DNA from: Pseudomonadota bacterium
Lineage (GTDB): Bacteria > Myxococcota_A > Bradymonadia > UBA4248
DNA length: 62,968 nt
Direction: 5' to 3'
Assembly (NCBI GenBank): GCA_017441205.1
Contig: JAFRYG010000047.1
Coordinates: 1-62,968 of the forward strand
Shown: positions 56,006 to 62,968 of the stretch, one piece after another
Layout: each line of letters opens with the position of its first letter
Position numbering within the stretch: the stretch's first letter is position 1
The notes under the pieces: model-generated
What the model was told of the DNA's origin: nothing
Seen by the model: only the letters and a program-made list of their open reading frames with translations
The model's database searches: none
Program-made: the position numbers and the translations under genes

Positions 56006-57340
56006 ATGAATAAATCCGAACTCAACCTCCTGAACAACAAACGCTCCTTCCGCCGGTTAGGGGTATGCGCACTGAGTGCATGCCTCTGGTTATTGAGTAC
56101 ACTGCCGGCAGCTGCCTCACCGGTCACGGCTTTCGGACTCGATGCAGAATCGGCATCACAGGCCATGGCGGTGACTGCATCAGCAAAACCGCTGTCGGCA
56201 GCCGCCACAAATCCGGCCAGGCTCATGGATGCCAGAGGAGGAGAAGCTGCTTTGGGAATCGTCGTTTCGGAGGATCAGATCACGATCAACCGGAAGGATG
56301 CCGGGCTGGATACTTACGTCGGCTGGCAGGTCGGACTCGCCACACCCATTCCACTCGGACAGATCAGGGACAGGATTTATGCCGGCTTCAATCTGCACGT
56401 TCCATACAATGGCCTTTATGATGTCAACAATACGGCTGTAGCAGACCCCGTCGTCTGGAACAATGGATCAACCGCCAGACGACTGGCGATGGACGCTGCT
56501 TTCGCCGTGAGGCTCTGGGAACGCATCGCCATTGGATTTGGTCTGCATCTCATGCCACTGGTTACAGCCAGTGTAAACATCGATTTCCGGGGACAGAATG
56601 AATCCAGTTCGAGCGACGTAAAAGTCGGTTACGGCCTCATCCCTAAACTCGGTTTTTATGCTGAACCCATACAGGGGCTGCATCTCGGATTTTCGTACCA
56701 CGCCGGAATGAAGCTGGCACTCAATGTACCCGCTGAAATCAACATCAGTGACGCCATCGGCAATATCCACGTCAGACTCAAGGGATACGCCTATACGGAG
56801 CCGCACACGTTTACGATCGGAGCTCGCTACGATTTTTCCAGACATGCCCAGTCACATCTGGCAAACTTCGCCCTCGATCTCGATTTTGCATACAGGCACT
56901 ATACAGATCCCATTGCATCATCGGCCAATGTTCAGCTGCTGGACGACGATGGCGGCATCATGAACGAAACCGATCGGCCTTATCAGGAATTCAATGGTTC
57001 GTGGAGTCTTCGGACTGCCCTGACGTGGATGCCAATCGACGAAATCTCGGCATCCGTCGGCTACGCCTTCGAAAAAAGTGCCATTCCTGCTCAGCGCAAT
57101 GCTTTCAACGTACTGGACAGCGACAGAAACCGAATTGCATTCGGTGCCTCTTTCTGGCTCCCGGAACCCTGGCTGGGATCGTTTGGACTCGGCTTTTCCA
57201 CCGCAGCACAGTTCGACATCTATGCCGAACGAAATATGGAAAAATATGAATTTCTCGTTGGCAATCCCGGCTTTCCATCGATACATTTCGAGGGATATGC
57301 CTTTGCATGGCACGGTTCCATTCTCATGAGGTTCGAATGA
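56006..57340 (+). CDS. FadL/OmpP1-like outer-membrane transporter
   Basis: FG....SQAMA......AAATNPA motif after the signal peptide; P.Q....NVLDSDR; C-terminal MRFE; start uncertain. Confidence 0.7.
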   Translation: MNKSELNLLNNKRSFRRLGVCALSACLWLLSTLPAAASPVTAFGLDAESASQAMAVTASAKPLSAAATNPARLMDARGGEAALGIVVSEDQITINRKDAGLDTYVGWQVGLATPIPLGQIRDRIYAGFNLHVPYNGLYDVNNTAVADPVVWNNGSTARRLAMDAAFAVRLWERIAIGFGLHLMPLVTASVNIDFRGQNESSSSDVKVGYGLIPKLGFYAEPIQGLHLGFSYHAGMKLALNVPAEINISDAIGNIHVRLKGYAYTEPHTFTIGARYDFSRHAQSHLANFALDLDFAYRHYTDPIASSANVQLLDDDGGIMNETDRPYQEFNGSWSLRTALTWMPIDEISASVGYAFEKSAIPAQRNAFNVLDSDRNRIAFGASFWLPEPWLGSFGLGFSTAAQFDIYAERNMEKYEFLVGNPGFPSIHFEGYAFAWHGSILMRFE

Positions 57341-59640
57341 TATCATCCAGATGGCTAAAATGGGCTTTGCCGGGATTGCTGATCATCGCAGGCTGTACTT
57401 CCGAAATGCCGGGAACGGATGCCGACGGAGATGGCCTGAGCGACAGACAGGAACAACTGTTCGGGACAGATCCCAACAATGCGGATACCGACGGAGACAC
57501 CATCCCAGACGCCACGGATCCTTCCCCAAAAGACAGTCCCAAAATCATACTATCGCCATCTCTCGGCGGTATCTCCGCAACAGAAACCCAGGTTAGGGCA
57601 TCCATCATTCTCAGCATCAAAAACTCACGAAATCAGTGGGTTCAGTCCGACAGTATTTCTGCAACCACGACGATGGGAACGCTTTCCGAAATCCACAGCA
57701 TCAGCCCGGGACTCTACGAAGTTATCCTCACATCACATGAATCCGGAACTGCCGTCGTCTTTTTCCAAATGCCGTCCCCAAATTCCCCCGATGAACTGAT
57801 TTCCGAATCCATACGCATCGATCTCAAACTCGAAACAGAATCCCCTCAAAACAATCCTGATCAACAGAACCCCGACCAGCAGAATCCAAATCAACAGAAT
57901 CCAAATCAACAGAATCCAAATCAACAGAATCCAAATCAGCAGAATCCAAATCAGCAGAATCCAAACATTCCCGAAGATCCGCTCATCAATGAATCCCATG
58001 TCGATCTGGAAGTACCCGGCACAAACCCCGGCAAATACGCAGCAGCCGGCGGCATTCAGGGAGATATCTGGATCATGGCGATCGATGGAACGACGCTCGA
58101 CTGGTCGGGCTCGGAACTCAAAAGCTACCCCAATGCCTACGTCCAGGTAGATCTTCCGGATGGCACGAAACTGCACGGCATGACCAACGAATCGGGATGG
58201 ATACATTTTAAGGACGATCGTCTGAAGGGACCCGTGGCTGTTACGGTCGGAGCTGCAGGGTGCCGTTACGTGACGTGGATGAACGTCGATGCCCGTGTCA
58301 TTTCGGCAGGCATCCATAAACGCGACATCACCCCGAATGAACGCAGCACCAAAGGCAGCACCATTACGGGCGTCGTTCGCGGTTTTTGGGGCGAAACCGG
58401 CATTCCTCCGTTCCCAAGAGAAAATTCGAACGTTTTCGATACCATCAATATCGCCATTGTCCAGGTCGGCATCCGAAACATGCCCCTGAGTTCCATGAAC
58501 ACCGGTTCTATCCTGCTTCCGCCCGACAGCTCATCGACCACAGCAGAATACTTCGAAATCCCTCCAAATCTCGTTCTGGCAAATCAATCCAATCCAGACC
58601 TTTCGCGTTTTACCCTGAACTCCCTCAATCCGGGAAAATACATCGTCTTCGCACTTGCCGGGGCCGGCGGAAACATCCTCGCTGCATCCCAGAATCCTTA
58701 CGAAATGAAATTCAAGCCGATGGCTCTCGGATTTACCGAAGTTGAAATCGGATCCGGTCAGACGCAGGACATTTCCCTCGATCTGACCATCGATTTGCGC
58801 ACCGGTGACAATGACACAACCTCTCTGTATCTGGGACAGTTTCCCAACGATCCCAAAACGGGTTCGAGCCTTCCCATGGGATTGCTGCTCCCGCTCATGA
58901 ATACAGGGAAGGGCTACGTATTCCTCGACGTTAATTCTGCCTGGAATTTCGATGATTTCCAGAATCCCCTGACGATCATTTATCCCCAGGCCGTTCATCA
59001 GACACTGAGCCAGTACGGATTGAGCGTGCATCCCATGGCCGTTGGACTTGCCGCACGAAAAGCCGCCAACGGCTTCGATCAACCCGGCATTTCGACCGTC
59101 ATCATGCATCCGCAGATGCAAGCCAATGGCTCGCTCGAAAGCCTCTATATGAATTCCTCTCAGCTCTGGCCGAAACTCCCGACATTCGTCACACCAGCTC
59201 CCCCGGCCAGTTCAGCTTTCGATGCCGTCGGCGGTTCGCTCGGAACAGACCGCAAGATCGCATGGAATGGACCTAAAGACAGTGATTTAACAGTCCTCAG
59301 GCTCAATTACATGACGCCGCCAATCCATAACAAACTGCTCAACAGCGATATCGGATCATCTCAGGCGCATTTGCTCTGGGAAGTCTACGTCCCGGCTCCA
59401 CTCAGCGAAATCGTTTTGCCTGAACTCAGTCCGGAGGCACCGGATTATCCGGTGCTCGTCAACTATGCCCCGACATCTCCGGGTGATGCCTATCAATACG
59501 ATGCCGAAACCATAGAGCTTGAAATCAATCCCTATTATATGGGACCTCGCGCTTACAATTATAATTCGAATTTCCTCATCGACGATATCAACATGAACGC
59601 CTGGGCCGTCTCACAGGATTCCTACCTCATTCGCCGATAA
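57337..59640 (+). CDS. lipoprotein with bacterial TSP3-type Ca-binding repeats, Ig-like domain and NPNQQ linker
   Basis: Lipobox IAGC; DADGDGLSD..E..FGTDPNNADTDGD; ATGA overlap with the upstream gene. Confidence 0.78.
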   Translation: MISSRWLKWALPGLLIIAGCTSEMPGTDADGDGLSDRQEQLFGTDPNNADTDGDTIPDATDPSPKDSPKIILSPSLGGISATETQVRASIILSIKNSRNQWVQSDSISATTTMGTLSEIHSISPGLYEVILTSHESGTAVVFFQMPSPNSPDELISESIRIDLKLETESPQNNPDQQNPDQQNPNQQNPNQQNPNQQNPNQQNPNQQNPNIPEDPLINESHVDLEVPGTNPGKYAAAGGIQGDIWIMAIDGTTLDWSGSELKSYPNAYVQVDLPDGTKLHGMTNESGWIHFKDDRLKGPVAVTVGAAGCRYVTWMNVDARVISAGIHKRDITPNERSTKGSTITGVVRGFWGETGIPPFPRENSNVFDTINIAIVQVGIRNMPLSSMNTGSILLPPDSSSTTAEYFEIPPNLVLANQSNPDLSRFTLNSLNPGKYIVFALAGAGGNILAASQNPYEMKFKPMALGFTEVEIGSGQTQDISLDLTIDLRTGDNDTTSLYLGQFPNDPKTGSSLPMGLLLPLMNTGKGYVFLDVNSAWNFDDFQNPLTIIYPQAVHQTLSQYGLSVHPMAVGLAARKAANGFDQPGISTVIMHPQMQANGSLESLYMNSSQLWPKLPTFVTPAPPASSAFDAVGGSLGTDRKIAWNGPKDSDLTVLRLNYMTPPIHNKLLNSDIGSSQAHLLWEVYVPAPLSEIVLPELSPEAPDYPVLVNYAPTSPGDAYQYDAETIELEINPYYMGPRAYNYNSNFLIDDINMNAWAVSQDSYLIRR
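57853..57966 (+). repeat. 15-bp coding repeat (NP(N/D)QQ x7)
   Basis: aatccaaatcaacag units. Confidence 0.9.
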
Positions 59641-59769
59641 TTCCCGCATATTTCGGCTGCAGTCACCTGCCGGAACCTGAAGCAAAATATCCAACCCGAA
59701 AAACTTGCCAAATCTCTGGCCCGGAACACAATACCACCGGCAGTATCCGCCTTGGTCTACAGGTTCCGA

Positions 59770-61080
59770 ATGTCTAAGAATATCCGTCAAAATCGCCGTT
59801 GCGAACCCAAAGTCAGCCAGATTGATCGGCAGGGATGGAAGAGTCTCCTGCTCGTTCTGCTCAAGATCATTCTGACATGTATTCTCGCCATCGGAATTCC
59901 CTACGGCATTTATGTCTACTACCAGCACGAGGTTAACGAAGGCCGTTTCCAGCCCAGTCAAATCACGATTCATGGAAATGTGCGTGCGGATGACGCCTCC
60001 ATTCTGGATGCATCCGGGCTCTCCAACGAAGATACGAACCTCTTCGAAGCCGATATCCATGTTCTCGAAACGAGCATCGAAACGCTCGCATGGGTAAAAA
60101 AAGCAAAAATCACGATCGATTTGCCCGACAAGGTCGACATCGAAATCACGGAACATGAGCCTCTCGGTATCGTCAATGACGGTCAGCTGTACATCGTGGA
60201 CGAAACAGGAACCGCCATCAAATACTGGACGACCGAAGATACCATCATAACCCCGATCGTCAGCCTCGATAAAGTCCTGGACGTCCGGTCGCATGCCGTC
60301 GTCAAGGCATTCCAACTCGCCGATGAAGTCGTCAGACTTGGATTCCCGCACAAAATCCAGGAAATTCATTATGACGATGCAACCGGATACACCTTGTATA
60401 CGGACACGACCGAAATCCGCGTCGGATACGATCGCTTCGATGAACGCATTCAGCGACTCCTCGCCGTCAATGATATCCTCGAAACGAAGAAGATCACGGC
60501 AGATTATATCTTGATCGATGGAGATAATTCGCTGGATCAAATCGTCGTCAAACCCAAACCCAAAGTCGTCTTTGCAGATCCAGTTCAGGACAACAAACCT
60601 GCTGATGCCGGAAATGATGGCAAAACAGAAAAACCGGGCGAGACTGCTGACCAGGGTAATGCTAAAGCAGATAAGCCTGCTGATGCAAAACAACAGGCTC
60701 CAAAAGATAAGCCTGCTGATGCAAAACAACAGGCTCCAAAAGATAAGCCTGCCGAAGCAAAACAACAGGCTCCAAAAGATAAGCCTGCCGAAGCAAAACA
60801 ACAGGCTCCAAAAGATAAGCCTGCCGAAGCAAAACAACAGGCTCCAAAAGACAACAATTCAAAGGATAAGCCGGTCGAAGCTGCCCCAAAACCGGCAAAT
60901 ACCCCGGAAGTGAACGACAAGCCGGCTGAGGCAAAGCCCGAATCAAAACCGGAAATGCCCAAAGGCAGCGACAAGAAGGAAACACCGGCGGAAGCCAAGG
61001 CCGAAGCCGTTAAAGACAGCAATACAAATGAAAAGCCGGTTGAGGCAAAGCCGCAAACGGCTCCTGAATCTACGCCCTGA
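59770..61080 (+). CDS. ftsQ: cell division protein FtsQ/DivIB with long C-terminal repeat extension
   Basis: TM + POTRA (ITIHGN...WVKKAKI..DLPDKVDIEITEH); directly upstream of ftsA. Confidence 0.85.
   Translation: MSKNIRQNRRCEPKVSQIDRQGWKSLLLVLLKIILTCILAIGIPYGIYVYYQHEVNEGRFQPSQITIHGNVRADDASILDASGLSNEDTNLFEADIHVLETSIETLAWVKKAKITIDLPDKVDIEITEHEPLGIVNDGQLYIVDETGTAIKYWTTEDTIITPIVSLDKVLDVRSHAVVKAFQLADEVVRLGFPHKIQEIHYDDATGYTLYTDTTEIRVGYDRFDERIQRLLAVNDILETKKITADYILIDGDNSLDQIVVKPKPKVVFADPVQDNKPADAGNDGKTEKPGETADQGNAKADKPADAKQQAPKDKPADAKQQAPKDKPAEAKQQAPKDKPAEAKQQAPKDKPAEAKQQAPKDNNSKDKPVEAAPKPANTPEVNDKPAEAKPESKPEMPKGSDKKETPAEAKAEAVKDSNTNEKPVEAKPQTAPESTP
60670..60852 (+). repeat. 36-bp coding repeat (DKPA(D/E)AKQQAPK x5)
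   Basis: gataagcctgccgaagcaaaacaacaggctccaaaa units. Confidence 0.92.
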
Positions 61081-61088
61081 GGAACATC

Positions 61089-62315
61089 ATGACTGTTAAA
61101 CTTGGAGATATCCTCGTTGGACTCGACATCGGAACGAGCAAAACATGCGCCATCATTGGTGAAGTCACCCCGGAAGGTCTCAATGTCATTGGCGCAGGGT
61201 CCTCGCCATCCAAAGGCATTCAGAAAGGTGCAGTCACCAATATTGACGCGGCTGCGCAGGGAATTCAGCATGCCATCGAAGTCGCCGAAGTCATTGCAAA
61301 CTGCAAGATTTCGAGCGTCATCGTCGATATCACAGGCAACCACATCGAAGGCATCAACTCGAATGGTGTGGCTGCCGTCAAAGGCGAAGAAATCGACGAC
61401 AACGACATTGCCAGAGTCCTCGAAAGTGCAAAAGCCGTAGCGATTCCACCGGATAGGGAATTTCTCCACGTCCTCGCGCAGGAATACATTCTGGACGGAC
61501 AAACCGGTATCCGGAATCCCAAAGGCATGAGCGGCGTTCGCCTCGAAGCCAAAGTCCATATCGTGACCGGGGCCATCAGCTGCGCTCAGAATATCATCAA
61601 ATGCGTCAACCGATGCGACGTCGAAGTCGCCGACATCGTCCTTTCTTCACTCGCAGCCAGCGAAGCCGTCGTCTCGGATGACGAAAAGGAACTTGGATGT
61701 GTCCTCGTCGATGTCGGCAGCGGCACGACCGATATCGCCATCTGGTCGAAGGGCGCTCTCGTGCATACACACGTCATCGGACTCGCCGGCAACCACCTGA
61801 CCAGCGATATCGCAAAGGGCCTTCAGACCTCACTGACGGATGCCGAAAAGCTTAAAATCCATTCAGGATGCGCCATGACGACCGCCGTCGGTGCCGACGA
61901 AATCATCGAAATTCCTTCGCCGGACGGACGCGAACCGCGCAAATACTCAAGACAGGTACTGACCGAAATCATCGAACCAAGGCTCGAAGAAATCTTCGAA
62001 ATGGTCAACTGCGAAATCGAAAAATCCGGCTACAAATCACTCATCCCTGCCGGCGTTATCCTGACCGGCGGTACTGCCATCATGGACGCCGTCCCCGAAC
62101 TCGCCGAGCGCGTCCTCGGCGTCTCGGTACGAAGAGGCGTACCAAGAGGTATCGGCGGTCTCACCGATTTCGTCCAGAATCCCCAGTATTCCACCGCAAT
62201 CGGACTCCTCCTGCACGCCGTCAATCACCCCGATATTTCGTCTTTCAGCCCGCAGGAAGCCAAGAATTCTTCCCTCGTCGGACGACTCCTCTCATGGCTG
62301 AAACAAATTGTTTAA
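61089..62315 (+). CDS. ftsA: cell division protein FtsA
   Basis: GLDIGTSK, GMSGVRLEAKVHIVTG, VDVGSGTTD, VILTGG. Confidence 0.97.
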   Translation: MTVKLGDILVGLDIGTSKTCAIIGEVTPEGLNVIGAGSSPSKGIQKGAVTNIDAAAQGIQHAIEVAEVIANCKISSVIVDITGNHIEGINSNGVAAVKGEEIDDNDIARVLESAKAVAIPPDREFLHVLAQEYILDGQTGIRNPKGMSGVRLEAKVHIVTGAISCAQNIIKCVNRCDVEVADIVLSSLAASEAVVSDDEKELGCVLVDVGSGTTDIAIWSKGALVHTHVIGLAGNHLTSDIAKGLQTSLTDAEKLKIHSGCAMTTAVGADEIIEIPSPDGREPRKYSRQVLTEIIEPRLEEIFEMVNCEIEKSGYKSLIPAGVILTGGTAIMDAVPELAERVLGVSVRRGVPRGIGGLTDFVQNPQYSTAIGLLLHAVNHPDISSFSPQEAKNSSLVGRLLSWLKQIV

Positions 62316-62460
62316 TCACCAAATCAAAAAAAGAATTTGACCCCGCAGGCTTTTATGCCTATACAGCGGCGACTTTATTCTGACCTCCTTCCGGGGGTCG
62401 GTCATGGAATCTTATTTATCGGCGGTTTCGTCCGTCAAATACTCAAAATGAGGTTGTGTT

Positions 62461-62664
62461 ATGAAGAAAGGCATTCATCCTGATTATAAACCCGCCAAAA
62501 TTACGTGCGCTTGTGGTGCCGTTATCGAAACGCGCTCCACTCTCGGTGACTACACCGTTGAAATTTGCTCGCAGTGCCATCCGCTCTTCACGGGCAAACA
62601 GAAAATGGTCGACACCGCTGGCCGCGTCGAACGTTTCAATAAGAAATATAATCGCACGAAATAG
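62461..62664 (+). CDS. rpmE: 50S ribosomal protein L31 (Zn-binding type)
   Basis: [22 protein letters not shown]...DTAGRVERF. Confidence 0.97.
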   Translation: MKKGIHPDYKPAKITCACGAVIETRSTLGDYTVEICSQCHPLFTGKQKMVDTAGRVERFNKKYNRTK

Positions 62665-62677
62665 CGACTCTTACATC

Positions 62678-62753
62678 TAAGCCCCGAACACCTGAAAAAT
62701 GCACTCCGATTGAAGTGCATTTGCCTCGTTTTCGGGGCTTATTTGTATTTTTT
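62678..62753 (+). terminator. probable terminator after rpmE
   Basis: taagccccgaa...ttcggggctta enclosing aatgcact/agtgcatt, then a T-rich tail. Confidence 0.65.
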
Positions 62754-62755
62754 AA

Positions 62756-62968
62756 TAGTCGTTGGTTGGTAGTCGTTGGTTGGTAGTCGTTACAAACAAT
62801 TACCGAAATCATTTCTGAAGACCAAAGCTCCTGAATTTCGATATTCGTGAATCACTCCAAGCTCTAAGCTCTAAGCTCCAAGCTCACTAACCACTAACCA
62901 CTAACAACCAATTAAAGTACAGACGTTCCATGGAACGTCTCTCCTCCCCCCAAAAGCTCAAAGCTCAA
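62756..62968. repeat. mixed 7/14-mer microsatellites surrounding a GTACAGACG REP-like palindrome (62917-62942)
   Basis: tagtcgttggttgg x2.5; ctc(c/t)aag x4; cactaac x3; gtacagacgttcc-at-ggaacgtctct; aagctca x2. Confidence 0.8.

Noticed and set aside
60585-61559. 324-aa minus-strand ORF with ACCFASAGLSFG repeats
   Set aside because: Antisense shadow of the ftsQ repeat and ftsA.
62380-62460. Possible L31 autoregulatory leader (tgacctcc-ttcc-gggggtcg hairpin)
   Set aside because: A single hairpin is not enough evidence without an alignment or covariance search.

Overview
A 63-kb chromosomal window from a delta-proteobacterial, Myxococcota/Bradymonadia-like bacterium. This placement is inferred from CglF/GltF- and AgmX/GltJ-like motility proteins, a MYXO-CTERM protein and Cys-rich FG-GAP lipoproteins. 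Core genes are rpoB-rpoC (detached from rplJL and rpsL), rph, rnhA, cpoB, tamB, ftsQ-ftsA (no ftsZ follows) and rpmE. They are interspersed with two Ser/Thr kinases, a signal-peptide PP2C phosphatase, a GH13 lipoprotein and many envelope proteins with tandem-repeat linkers. I found no transposase, integrase, reverse transcriptase, CRISPR array, tRNA or rRNA. The most striking unexplained signal is non-coding: nine intergenic loci carry an A-tract followed by 2-3 tandem hairpins (19 hairpins in total). Their stems differ in sequence, but nearly all share a 5'-CGTAN...N'TAG-3' core with an extrahelical G. Their orientation is independent of transcription and, apart from one duplicated copy, alternates strictly along the window. 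Other non-coding features are a GTACAGACG REP-like palindrome family, heptamer microsatellites, an orphan C-terminal copy of an adhesin gene and a ~290-nt structured element with ANGGA loops. All calls were made by eye, with no database searches.
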